NCBI GenBank assembly: GCA_973895155.1
Contig: OZ316892.1
Location: 2,917,223 to 2,981,222, forward strand
From: Marsupella aquatica
Taxonomy: Eukaryota; Plantae; Marchantiophyta
Direction: 5' to 3'
Length of the DNA stretch: 64,000 nt
Part shown: in pieces, positions 47,673 through 60,474 of the stretch
Position numbering within the stretch: position 1 is the stretch's first letter
How the letters are laid out: every line of letters begins with the position of its first letter
Made by a program: the position numbers and the translations under genes
The notes under the pieces: model-generated
What the model saw: the letters and a program-made list of their open reading frames with translations, nothing else
Database searches by the model: none
Told to the model about the DNA's origin: nothing

Positions 47673-50600
47673 TGTAACATCAATGATCACTTTACACAGT
47701 CCAAGGGGATGGGCAGGGACAAGGTCTTGGTCCATGGGGCTTCAGATTCCCGAATTGCACTAATTAAGTATGTTAAGTCACATTATTTACCTTGTTTTAA
47801 GAGCTTGCTTGAGTCTCAATTGTCTGCCTGGATTCTTAGTGTGCAATGTTCAAAGCGAACACCTCGATTAGTGAGACAAAAGTGTGCCTTCTTGTGAACT
47901 GTAATTAGTGTGACACCTGAAATAATGTGACCCACTGACACTATTTTAAGTGTGACGCAAAATTTAAAGGGCTATCAGAATGACTCAAAGCGTCCAAGAC
48001 AAAGGTCTCCAAGAAAAATTCATGTCATTAAAATGTTTCCCTTGACTAAACTGCATTGGAACAACAGTATTGAGGCCCAATAAGCAGTCTGAGCTGGGGA
48101 ATCTCAACAATTACTACTCCCGTGATCACCTTGGGAGCCCCCACCTGAGTTCCCAAATTGGCACTAGAATGGGCATCCCCAAGTCAATCCCAGAAGGCAA
48201 GCTTGACTCTCAGTCTCAACGTGCTGCTGCACACACCGATAATAAACTATAGTAAGTATGTGATACAAGGAATATAAAAATCAAACCAATTTAAATCAAA
48301 CAAGGTATCTTTCCTTTAAACATTTTAACTTTTATAACTTTGGGGGCCACGCAAACCCCGTGGGGTGGGGGGGCGGGAACAAGCAAAAGAGTTTCAACAG
48401 TATACAACACGAAATATCTCAGCCTTGAAGCAGCCCCAAACAAGGTATCTTTGAAAAAACAAAAGTAGATTGTTACATTGCATTTGGCTGGCTGCATCTT
48501 GGCTCCATCCTTTAATTTCTTAGAGTCTGGTTCCTCCACAAAGGTAACATTTGACCTAGTCTTTCCTTTTCATTCTTCACCGTCAATGAGTACCCTCTTA
48601 CCCTTCGAGGTCTCCAAATTCATTGTGTAAGGGTAAGAAATCTCAGTGTAGCACATACTTTCGCCTTTGTGCTACGGTCATACTTTTTTTGTATGCTCGC
48701 TCACTTTATGGCCCAAAATCTTCATCCCAACCTGTAGTAAATTGTCTCTTGCTCCCATTTGCAAGATAGGTGTGGTTTGACTTTATTAGTGTTCTGGACT
48801 CCATCAGTGTCAAGATCAGCCTCTTGAATTGGTGGAGTACTTTCAGATAAGAACCAAGCGTTTTGTCACATTTGGAGTACCATGCATGTATCCTCTGATT
48901 GACCCTGGCTCTGATAATCAATGTAGTGGTAAAACAAAAATGTGGCGCTCATAGATAGAAGATGAATCACATTCTCATGGTTTCAGTCATATCAGAATCA
49001 TACTTAGTAAATGACAGCAGACCTAAAATTTTCCTTCTAAAAGCATTCCATACTTACCTTGTAAGTTTTGCTAAACCTATTGTTATACTTCACAAAATCA
49101 GCTCCAAAATCAAAGTCAGATTTCTTCATATTATAAAGCTCTTTACCACCATGGATGTTCTAAACATGATTCAACAAGAAAAACACTGGTCCACCCTCCG
49201 CTGCAGGCATCTTGAACATTTGTTAAGCCGAGTGACTACAATGAACTAGTACTCCTTCATCATTCCATGGCCAGCTCATAGGCCACAGCAACCGGCTTGA
49301 ACAAAGGGGAAGAATGCTTGTCAAATATTACTTCTGACTTTGATACCTGATTTGACAACCTGTCTTTTTTTACTTAGGCTGCAATGAAATGTTTGATAGA
49401 GCCCCAACAAGTTTTGGGAGGGTTAGATGCTACTGTTTTCTTACAAGCCTCCTCCAAAAAATGCATCAACTAGAAAATACGGGAGAAAATAGAGTTTTGG
49501 CCAACCAATTTCTTGGCAATTAGTCGCCCGTTGATCGCTCAACTTGCTGCCATCCTTGGTAAGGGTTTGTTGAAACTGAGTGTCTTTCGGCAAGAACTCA
49601 CATGACATTCCATTCAAGAGATTGGCGGTCATTTGTTTTGGTGTCATGAACTTCAGCGCAATCAGATTAGGGTCATTCAAGTACTGATATCCAATTCTAA
49701 ACAAGTGCAAGAATCAGGGGCAGATGAGCTGTGCCCAAAGGCTCAAATACTATGTTGCCTGAGGCTGCAAAAGCTGATGCCATTGTGGACATTCCTAAGC
49801 TGAATGAGGCACTTGCCCCCTGGGCAGCCCTATCATAACTAATTCAGAACATAACTAATTCAGAACGTCTTCCCTCCCCCCCCCCCCCCCCCCCTTGTGA
49901 ATGACTCAAGGTCATTTTTAATCCCATTTTGAAGTAATAATTATATTTTTTTATAAACTAATATTCCCCTATTATATTGGGGGCTGATTATAGTAAATCA
50001 ACAGGTTTCTAAAAATGTGTGCCTGATAGTTTAGAAACCTCATAATTTTATATTAAAAAACACCACAAACTTCATTATATATTGTTCATTTTGACACATA
50101 TGTTTTTAATGAGACAAAGGTATTTTGATTAATGGGACCCCAAAATGGAAACTGTTATTTGATAGTACTAACTCCTAAATGATATAGACCCTTCATAGAC
50201 CTTGAATCCATATGTCCAAAATTTCAAGGTGTTATCAAATAACAGTTTTCATATTGGTGTGATTCAGGTTCCAGTAATACTTTCAAAAATAAAATCTAAG
50301 GAAATGATTTATGTCTAAAATTTGATTAAAAAAATATTTTTTTAATAAGGGATGAGCAAAGCTATGGAAATCGAAAGCTCAGGTCGCCTTATTTGAACCT
50401 ACGGGTAACCTTAATTCGCTGAACTCATAATTACCTGATGTCCAGTAGCATTAGTTTTAAAATTAGGCGGTAATGATTACCTTTTGACATAGATATTATT
50501 ATATTGTTTTTTTACACGTAAGGCCTATCGACAACTTTGACTGTCACTCTTACGCACCATGAAGGACCACGTCATGAGCTAAAACACTCATGATTAAGCC

Positions 50601-50689
50601 CATTGGATCCGACTAGACTACTAGAGACAAACATACAATGATTTGGAGCTGCGCTTATTTGGCAGCGGAACCAAATCTTTCTCTAGATT

Positions 50690-51772
50690 CTTCAGAGCAT
50701 GGTGAAATTAAGCTCTCCATAGTTTAATAATTTTGCATAAGCAAGGTGCAGTATGATTGAGAGGGAGGATTGAAAATGAGCTCTGACTACCAATGATTCA
50801 GTTTTAAAATTGAATGATCACTGTCTCTATATTACGGTTTTGAAGATCACCTACTTTAATGGATCACCTATGTAATGTCTGAAAGCTGTACCATAATTAG
50901 TGTTACTGGCACTAATTTGAGATTAGTCATTTTTGACTTTTTGAGGTTATACTTGAAATAATGTTTTACTCACACTAATTATGTTGTACTACTGATACTA
51001 ATTTCAAGTGTATGAATTACTGTTCTTTTGTCTCAAGAATGGAAAACAGTGGGAAAAAAATTGTTCTAGAAAATATGATTAATGCTACTTTAATCGAGAT
51101 ACATACTGATTCGAGAAATATGATCCCTCATTTTACAAGCACTTAATACCAACATTAAAAAAAACTTGTTTCACTAGTTTGATAGTAATACTAATTCTAA
51201 CATAGCATTAAGTACGATGGTAAAGTTAATTATTGCATAACGCTAACTATGGTGAACAGAACTTGAAATTATACTGCATTTTTTCAGAGGATCGCATAAT
51301 TAAGCTCTCCATTTTTTTGATATCATTGGGGAAGAAGGCTGCAGTAATTACTGAAGGCGAGCTAATGATTCGGTTTCAGAATTGCTTAATTAAGCTCTGC
51401 TTCAAACTTTTGAGCATCAGCTAATTGTCGAAACGTCTGCAGTGTTGCAATCACTCTCTGGATTCTTCAGAGGATGGCGTAATTAGGGTTTCCATAATTT
51501 AATGTCTTTGCGGAAGAAAGCTACAGTAAGTAATTATTGAAAAGGACTCAGACTACCTGCGATTCAGTTTCAGAAACGAATAATGATTAATAAGTCTCTG
51601 GGAAGTTTTGAAGTTCACGTAATCTTTGAGACCTCTCTCTAATTGAATTCATTGTCTGGATTTGCGGAAGGAAGCTACGGTAATATTGAAAGGGAGCTGT
51701 GTCTTGTAATGATTCAGTTTCAGAATTAATTGCTTAATCACTCTCTCCTTCGCATTTTCGAAGATCACCTAC
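50690..51772. repeat. Old diverged ~180-bp repeat, 4 copies
   Basis: ttcagag.at....aatta.g.t.tccat / gc.gaag.aagctac.gta / gattc.gtttcagaa / ttttgaag.tcac.ta recur at about 50691, 51283, 51466 and 51661. Confidence 0.7.
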
Positions 51773-53165
51773 ACTGATTGATAAAATCTCCACAGTAGTT
51801 AGTTTCAAAGTGATTAATGTTTGACAAACAACAAAAAGACGAGAGATATGTTTAATAGACCCCTTTCTGGAAAAAAATTGTTTAATCAGCCTTTGATTGT
51901 TTTGATGGAATTTTTGATCTTAGATCTGGCTCCTTGATAGACCTTAGGGGGTCCATCAAATAACAAGTTTCATTTTGGGTAGATCAAACAAATACCTCGC
52001 AAAAATAGACAGATGCTACTATTTGTTCGCCAACTATAGACAATCAGGACCTCATTGAAAGCCCCTAAACTCACCTTCATTTTTCAAATGTATCGTCTAG
52101 GGTTGATGAGAATGGAGATCTAGCAAGTTGGTTTACTAAATTGAGACAATTTAGATTAGCAAGTGGGTTTGCTAAAACTGAAGGGACAATAATATTTAGC
52201 ATACATACTGATTCGTGTGGAGGGCAACAGCCAAATTTTCTCTGGTCTGGTTCATTTGGCCGTCGTTGAAAAGGAGCAATAAACTCGTTCTACATACTGA
52301 CAGCAAACTCAGATTTCAGATTGAATGATTATCACACTCTCCTTCAAACTCTTTGACGAAACAGTTCCGATCGTCTGATGTATTCTTGATCGAAAGAAAG
52401 ATGTCATTTCATCAGAGGATCACGTACTTCAGTTTTGGAACAAGCTCTATACTAGCTAGTTTCAGAAAATCAGAAATGAGATATGTATCGAAGTACAGAA
52501 TCCATATTGAAGCTGCTGTTACAGTGTTCCGTAATTGAGCTTTTCTCCCGAGTGACTGAGGATAATGCACTCGATCTTACACGATGAGCTCTTTGAAAGC
52601 TCTATGACAACAATGCATAAATGAGGCGAGACTCATACATAATTACTCGGCCTGTGCCATGCTTTTGATGGATTTGATCGATAAGATCGACACTTTTCGG
52701 GCATGGGTATTTTTATTCACAGCACTCTCCAATTCAAATTGTAAAGACCGCACTGCACGGATCGGACATCATCGATAAGTATACGATTCTCAAGGCCTGG
52801 TTTGGTCTACTATAGCACGCAACTCGGACCGACGTTAGATCAATTGTAACTTCTGCCGAACTAAAGCTCGCGGGATCGATCAATTTTAGCAGAATTGACA
52901 TCCGGTACAGTCTACATCGTCCCTGGATCATATACCGTGAGCTAGAGCCGCCATTGGAGCGAGACTTGAACCTGCTCTTGTATACTTCGCCTCAATTGAA
53001 GGAAACTTGATATCAATGGGGAGGGTAGGAACGACGTGTATGGAAAAGTAAGAGATTCCCACAGGAGGGACTTGAAATTGATATGTCGTCTGTTTGTACA
53101 AAATTATAACACACCGGGGCAGCTGGATAACGTGATCGAGCTACATGTTTTCAGTTTTGCAAATT

Positions 53166-55925
53166 TTAGCTTTGCGTATTAATGGACGGTGGCGGAAGCA
53201 ATGGAGATAATGGACCGGACGTACCGAGTTCCGGCATCGATATGAAAGGAGGAGCAGAAATGTTGGGCTGGAGAATGGCTGAGAAGTAGCTGCAGTTCGG
53301 GTCAAGCAATTTCACCACACGGTCCATGGTCGGGCGGTCCTCGGGGGACACTTGCACGCAGAGAAACGCGGTATACATCATGCGCTTGAATTGCTGCGGA
53401 TTGATGTCCGTCAAGCTCTGGTCCACGAGATGGTGCGTCCTCCCATTCTGCTGCAGCGTCCGGGCCCAGAGCACGAGGCTCTGCTCCATCTCCGGCAACC
53501 TCTCGTCCATCGGGCGTCTACCGGAGATGAGCTCGAGGAGCACCACGCCGAAAGCGAACACATCGGTGCGCTCATTGAAGCCGCCATACATCAAGCACTC
53601 GGGTGCCAAATAGCCGAATGTCCCGGCGCAGCTGACCTGATCATCAGTGGTGTCGCCGTCCGAGAGCCATCTCGCGAGCCCGAAGTCTGAAATCTGAGCC
53701 TCGAAGTCCTCTCCAAGCAGAATGTTGGACGTCTTGATGTCACGGTGGACGATCGGCATCGGGCTGAATGCGTGCAGGTATGCCAGCCCGCGGGAGGCTC
53801 CGAAGGCGACCTTCTGGCGCTGCGCCCAGTTGAGCTTTCTGGTGTTGGCGCTGTGGAGATTTCGTTCGAGGCTGCCTCGTTGCAGCAGCTTGTAGGCGAT
53901 GAGACGGTGCGGACCCTCTGCGCAAAACCCGATTATGGTGACGACGTTGGGATGGTTCAGTGCGCAGATGAGCATCATCATCTCCATCATGAATTCCTTC
54001 TCGCCTGACATGTCGTCGACCAGCTTCTTCACGGCCACCACGGCACCGTCGCTCAGGCGCGCTCGGTACACGGCGCTGGCTCCGCCGGTGCCGACCACAT
54101 TGCCCTGTGCAAAAGACTCCGTTGCTGCGCGGAGCTCCTCGTACGTGAACCTTCGGACCTCCGGGAGCTCCAGCTTGATTTCCTTGGACAGAGATTGCAG
54201 GCCGTCTTGGGAGAGATTGTACTTGATTTCGGAACAATTGCGTGCGAATTTCGGTGGGGAGCAATTTGCATAGCACACCAGCGCGCCTTCCTCTTCCACC
54301 TCCTCGTCCTCTTCTTTTGCGAATTTCGGTGGAGAGCAATTCGGTAAACAGACCGGCGCACTTTCCTCGTCCCCCTCCTCTTCGTCTGCTTTCTCATCCT
54401 CTCCTCCGTCTTCTGAACCTTTCCTATCCTCCTCCGATTCCTGTAAATAATAATCGGCTAATACAAGGGCACCTTCATCGTCCCCCCATGGCTGGTCTTC
54501 GTCTTTCCTGCCCTCTGATTCCTTCGGGGAGCAACATACTAGTGCCAGCGAGTCTATTCCCTCCCAATTATCTTTCCTTTCGTCTAATTCAGGTGTAACA
54601 GAAGTACACACAAGGGCAAGTTGTTGCTCTTTATCTTCTAATTCAGGTGCAACAGAAGCACACACAAGGGCAAATTGTTGCTCTTTATCTTCTAAATCAG
54701 ATGCAACAGAAGCACACACAAGGGCTAATTGATGATCTTTATCTTCTACTCTCCTAGTGTCCTCCCCTACATGAGGTTTAGAGACTACCACAAGGGCACG
54801 GTCATCCTTTGTCCGCCGGCCCTCCGGACCTTTCCTGTCATTTGGGAGCTCTGGCACAGCCTCCAGGGAGTTCGATGAGGATCTAGACCTTATCCGAGGT
54901 GCCGGCCCACCGGCACCTTTCAGCCATTCCAATTGAGAGGAAAATGGAGTGGATGATGCTGTGAATGAAGCTGTATCTCTCTGCAGAGATGACAGCTGAG
55001 AAGGGGAGAATCCTTCGTCAATCTTTTCGATCCTGTCAATCATTCCCTGATTTGAAACCCTTGGAACGTTTGCAGCCCGTAAAACGCTGATTGGAGAGTC
55101 CTCACTTCCTCCGCTGGAGAGTCCAGAAGTACTACAGAATGAAATATCCCGACTCGAATTTGTCTTTCCCGAAGACGACGACAGCAATCGCCCTGTCGTT
55201 AGAGAATTATCTGAGGAATCCGACGATCCCGGCTTCGGGCCGAGACGACTCTTCTGCCGATGCGCAGAATAGTCTTTGACAACTAAATCCTCGACTAAAT
55301 GACGTGCATTGTTACTCTCCTCAAATTGATCGTAAAGTTCCTGCTTCTTGGTGCTTAGGATCAGCGTTTCGAGAGACCGGCGGAATTTGGCCTTGCCAGG
55401 CTTTTGCACATGAACCTTACCTTTCTTCACGATGATGACGTCGCAGTATGGCTCCAAGTTCCGCACGCAGAGCCGTCCCAAGTCCGTCATCTTCTTCGGT
55501 GAAATGCCTAGCACACCTGATTTGCGCTTCCCGAGGATCACTCGCGTGGCCTCCAAATTCTGCGCCTCCTGGACAATGGCATCGCGGATGCTCCTGCTCT
55601 CCACTACTTGAACGACGGTAGACAAATGCGGGACATCGTAGTGCATCCGACAATATGTGACCAACTCGCTCAAGGTGTTTAGCATGTCCTTCTTCTGCCT
55701 TTCCCACTTTCGACTCGACAGCGATGGACATGGTTCAACGACGTGGACGACTGTCACGTTGTCTCCAGACTGGGAGCCGTGAGTGAGTGCCCATGTGACC
55801 AGCTCCCCGCCCTCCTCCGTCAACTTCACGGCCACCAAAATCCGTTCGCTCGCTCTCCAATTCCTTCGGTTTGTCACCGACTGACATCGAGATAATTCAA
55901 TCGCTGTGGTCACTCCTGTCCTCAT
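53166..55925 (-). CDS. Receptor-like cytoplasmic kinase with N-terminal USP (adenine nucleotide alpha-hydrolase-like) domain, RLCK-VI-like; single coding exon
   Basis: USP domain: RILVAVKL..ELVTWAL..GDNVTVVHVV..IVQEAQNLEATRVILG..CDVIIVKKGKV. Kinase: RRFTYEEL, GTGGASAVY, VAVKKL, HRDIKTSNILL, DFGLARW, GTFGYLAPE, TDVFAFGVVLLELISGRRP. First ATG is at 55925; the ORF track starts at a GTG at 55970. Confidence 0.93.
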   Translation of the reverse strand: MRTGVTTAIELSRCQSVTNRRNWRASERILVAVKLTEEGGELVTWALTHGSQSGDNVTVVHVVEPCPSLSSRKWERQKKDMLNTLSELVTYCRMHYDVPHLSTVVQVVESRSIRDAIVQEAQNLEATRVILGKRKSGVLGISPKKMTDLGRLCVRNLEPYCDVIIVKKGKVHVQKPGKAKFRRSLETLILSTKKQELYDQFEESNNARHLVEDLVVKDYSAHRQKSRLGPKPGSSDSSDNSLTTGRLLSSSSGKTNSSRDISFCSTSGLSSGGSEDSPISVLRAANVPRVSNQGMIDRIEKIDEGFSPSQLSSLQRDTASFTASSTPFSSQLEWLKGAGGPAPRIRSRSSSNSLEAVPELPNDRKGPEGRRTKDDRALVVVSKPHVGEDTRRVEDKDHQLALVCASVASDLEDKEQQFALVCASVAPELEDKEQQLALVCTSVTPELDERKDNWEGIDSLALVCCSPKESEGRKDEDQPWGDDEGALVLADYYLQESEEDRKGSEDGGEDEKADEEEGDEESAPVCLPNCSPPKFAKEEDEEVEEEGALVCYANCSPPKFARNCSEIKYNLSQDGLQSLSKEIKLELPEVRRFTYEELRAATESFAQGNVVGTGGASAVYRARLSDGAVVAVKKLVDDMSGEKEFMMEMMMLICALNHPNVVTIIGFCAEGPHRLIAYKLLQRGSLERNLHSANTRKLNWAQRQKVAFGASRGLAYLHAFSPMPIVHRDIKTSNILLGEDFEAQISDFGLARWLSDGDTTDDQVSCAGTFGYLAPECLMYGGFNERTDVFAFGVVLLELISGRRPMDERLPEMEQSLVLWARTLQQNGRTHHLVDQSLTDINPQQFKRMMYTAFLCVQVSPEDRPTMDRVVKLLDPNCSYFSAILQPNISAPPFISMPELGTSGPLSPLLPPPSINTQS

Positions 55926-58900
55926 ACTTCCCACACGTCTTTCGCCACCTGTTCTTGGCGAAGTATCCACCCAGATTCAAAAAGACACTAAAATCGGACC
56001 TGATCTACTTCACTCATCGACAGATGCCCAAATTAAAATCGCAGCAGCGGCAGCAGCAGCAGCAGTGAGAAATCCCTTCATTAATCGTCGGCGACCACCA
56101 CACTCAATTGAAGATAACCATAGTCTGCCACAGTAATTTGACCCGTCAAGATGAACGTGCTCGCTTGGGAATCTATTGTGCAACATTTTGGGAACAATCG
56201 AACCTGATGTGGCGCCATTCGGTTAGTAGCTACTGTAGGCCATCGCATCTCTCCTCAGTGAATATTTGCAAAACAGTCACAGGCTCTTCCAAGTTCTAGG
56301 GGTAGGGACAGCGCTCGGAGATAGCAAGCGGGCAATTATGATCATTCTGAATACCTTTCCTCCAGCAGCACCGAATGACATTGAACCGATCCGACCGCCA
56401 CTCTGACCATTCTTTCCATCGCCTCTTAACAGCTAGCTGCCGGGCTAGCTGCAACAGGATGAATCAGGAAAGCTCGCTCGGACCTCACAAGAATCACTTC
56501 TCTCCACTTGGATTCGTCCAGACGGTGAAATCAATCACTCCAGAAGAACTAGCTCGAAGCGGGACTACACACCACCGCCGAAAGCATGACGCTCCAACGG
56601 TCAAGGATCGCGATGCTAACCAGTGAACCAATTCCAAACAGGCTCCGGAACAATTCCAGCATTGTGCTGTACGCAAAATCCTCATTGAAGTCCTTCTTCG
56701 CTCCTCTCGTCCGAAAAAAGATTTGCATGATGAAAATCAAGTGGTGGAAAGAGAGGCCAGACCAGACGGACGGATAGTTCAGAGACCATAGTAGGGCCCA
56801 TAGTTGGATCGCTCGAGACATGCACTTCCTATCTGGAGGCGGGACATGAGCTACGGTACAAGCAACTAGCCTAATTTGCACGTCCAGTCCACGCTCATCT
56901 TTTGTCGCTCACACCAGAGCAAGTCCTTGGAGCTAACTGAATTCGCATTGGCAACTCTATAAGTTACTACCAAACATCTATTAAATTGTTTTGCATTTGT
57001 CCTGGCTTCGCGCGATCACGAACGCTTTCCTAGCGATGGCCCCACAGCAAATTGCAGTTAAGCCAAAACAGTTAATTATCAAATGGGGGCGGTCTGTTTC
57101 CTGCGTGCACCTCACGAGCTCACCTCGATCCTCAACGTCCTTCGTTAACCCGCTGAATGCTTGAACTTCAAACATACTTTGTTTCTAGGAGAGCTCGGCG
57201 AGAAAAACAGGACTCCTGCATAGTTCATGACCACGGCGTAATGTCCATTACACGCTTCATCCCGCTCCGTTCTCGGTCTGTTCATTCATCTCGTTCTGAG
57301 CCCGAGAAGACTAAGAGGCGCATCTGCGGTCAGCTCGGCCTCATCGCCACGCGATTCTTTGTGATAGAATGATGCTGTTTGGATATGGTAATTATCTGCC
57401 CTTCATGGCTTAATGCCACACGGTTTCTGATGTCTCCCTCGTGGCGACGGCGCGAGCAGGAGAGGACAAAAGCGCTGGACCTTGACCTCCGGACAACGTG
57501 GTAACGAAAAGCAGGGTGATGAGGCGGAGCTTGCGACATTCCGCGAGGCTCACCTTCCATCCCATTCATCTCCCGACTCTTCGTTAGAAATGAGTGATCC
57601 TCAACAGCTTCTGAAATACCTGACTGTGTTCCTTCGAAGCCGTCATTTCGCTTCACGGAAACACCAACATTGTTCTTGTCCCGGCTCTCGATCACTCAGC
57701 GCAAAACTCACTCTAGCTTCCATAGTTCCATACCATTGGCAGTCGAGATCGTTTGCGTGTCTTCCCACGCCACCGATCGACGCACTCACAGCGTTTCGAG
57801 ACTTCTTCTCATCACCACGCTCTTCTATATTTACTAGGAGAGAATTTCTTGTCAAGACTTTCAGCACAAAAGAGGAGAGTCAAGAGCAAGCGAACGGAAT
57901 TTCTGAGCTCCTTCGTCACCAAGCTCTTTGAATCGCAGTAAGAGAGTTTCGTCATAGCCGAATTCTGTGCAGCGGGCGAAGCAGCATCGATCTGATACAG
58001 ACCATGTTCTTCGTTTCCGAGACAGCGAGACTGATGCGTTCACACGTGATCGAAGACTGCTCGATCGTCCCATTCAATGAAGGCTGGTGAAGCTGCGATC
58101 GAGATTCTTTGGGGGCTAATTACGAACGAAGTGAATCGTCGATGCTGGAGTTCGAAAGAAAGCACATTCGTGCGTGAGACAATTCAACGTCGGTCGGTGC
58201 CGATTTTCAACGGTGGCGTTATTGTGAAAGCGAATCACGCGTTTGTTACGAAATATTTTCCGTTAAATTATTATCTATGCTTTATGTATGCAAGAAAGTC
58301 CCCTTTAGACGGCATTTTGGTTATATAATGTCCCCCCAAAACGAGAAATTTAGCTCCAAACTATTATTGCCCATATGCTCAACCTTATTACACTTACACT
58401 TTCTTACACATCAGTGGGGTGCTCATAATGCTCAACCCTTACTACACCTTTTTTTTTTATAAATTTTTAAAATCAGTGAAACCCCACAGAAAGGGAGGCA
58501 ATAGATCTAAGCGAGTCCAAATATCTGAACCCAAGACCTATGAGTCCAAGATCTATGAGTCCCTATTCAAGTGAGTTGTCACATAGCCATGATTGGTTCG
58601 GTTACCTTAGTGTACTTAAAAGTATGAGAGATTTTTCTTTTTTCTAACTTTTGTAAAAGAAGAGGAGAATCTTACTAAAGAGGTGATCCAGATCTTGAGG
58701 GGGGCATAATACCCTAAACCCATTATGCCCCAACATGCCCTGAAAAATAAAAAAGGAAAATCATGAAGGTCATCTTAATATAAAAGCGCCAACTGAACTA
58801 TATTCTTAAGAGCCTAGGTCTAGAGTGAAACCTCTAAACCATAACTTTATGGTCATCATGTGCATGGGAGAAACTCATGATATTATGATGTATATACATG

Positions 58901-60443
58901 TCAATTTTTTATAATAATTTTTAATTATTTACATTCAAAAAATATAAGCACTATGGTCCCACCAGTACATATGTGCATAAAAGATGGATGTGCATACAAA
59001 AAGACGGATGTGCACATACAAGAGAATAATATATTATATATGACTATTAAAATGATGAATTTTTTTATCATTTCATTAACCTTTAAAGAATATGAATAGA
59101 AAATATATTTTGATAATTCTTTTATTGTCCAAGACTTCCCCCCTTTTTTCACATTTCAATCACTGTTCTCCTCTAGCATGTCAGTTTGCTTCACAATTTT
59201 AGAAAAAAATCTCCTTTTAATGATAATTACGGGTAACCTGTAGCTTTTGAAGGGCAGTTGTACTAAGAAGCACTGCCAATGCCAGAATTTACTGTTAGTG
59301 GGGTTTTGGGCTTAAACCACCACTTTCCCCAAAGCTAAACCTGGTGGATTTAGTCTATCTTAATTAGTAGAACATATTCTTAATAAATTAATAAAGTGGT
59401 CTATCTTGTCTGCCGACAGCTTTGGGGACAGAGGCAACAATTATCACCCTTCATTTCACCCAGTCCTTTGATATATAGCTTTAGTAATAGATGAGTGAAC
59501 TCTGTCCAGCTGGTCATAAGCTATAGCGGGTTTAAACTAATTTTATATTTGTCATGACTGGAATGGAGTAATAGTAGATGAGTGAACTCAAGTCCATGAG
59601 TATGAATAAACTATTTGCTCAAATTTGTATGTTTCCATCTCCATCTAAAGCTATTTAGTCAAATATTTCCTAAGTTTGGGTTGAAGATTTGAAAATGTCA
59701 AAATATTTTTATTCTCACAGAAAGAGTATCCCATCTGAGCATAAAGCTCTATGATTCTCAATTCCTGTCATCTTATTGGAGAAAAACTAATGTTCAGAAA
59801 TATCCAATGCCAACTTATGAATCCTGTCTGTGCACAAGTTTGGGATCATGGTGACCCCATCCTAGCATATGTTGACTCTAGCAATTATACTAAGTAATAG
59901 TGCATTTCATGCAAACCAATGGCTCAGACAAGATTCCAAAGCTTTCATAATTGTCTTACTTTCTAGAAATGTGCAATTTGACAATACTGTCACAAATTTA
60001 GAGTCCCAGAGATTTTCTCTCACACCAACAGCATGTTGGGTCTCTATTGGAGCTCTTATAACTATATAAATTTCCATTAAAGTCAACCTCAGACAGTCAC
60101 ACATCCATGTCATATGGTGACACCTTACTGGCCTATGATTTATGTCACTCAGTCAGACTTTCCAAAGGCTTCTCCCAGCTACAGTATGGACAAGAGTCAT
60201 TCATTGTCATTCAGCTGTATCTGAGTAGGACATGAAACTAACAACACAGATCATTTCTATTTCTATCTGATGAATCAAGATTGAATAGTACAGTGGCATG
60301 GGAAGGGCACAAGCCTGAGAACATTTATTGTCATTCACAGTATCCGCATTGGTCATGAAACTAACACTATAGATCATTATCATTTCCATCTGATAATGAA
60401 GATTGAGTACTAGAGTGCCAATGCTGAGCTCAATTTGGAGCTC

Positions 60444-60444
<1 letters not shown>

Positions 60445-60472
<28 letters not shown>
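60445..60472. repeat. (GT)n microsatellite
   Basis: Directly visible. Confidence 0.9.

Positions 60473-60474
<2 letters not shown>

Noticed and set aside
48290-49760. Possible degenerate transposase or LINE fragments
   Set aside because: Only weak hints (e.g. a WTSVF-like stretch on the minus strand); too decayed to call.
53326-54598. Antisense and alternative-frame ORFs within the kinase gene
   Set aside because: These are shadow ORFs caused by GC-rich codon usage.
56000-58330. Short ORFs upstream of the kinase
   Set aside because: No homology signals; this is consistent with a long 5' UTR, intron or promoter.
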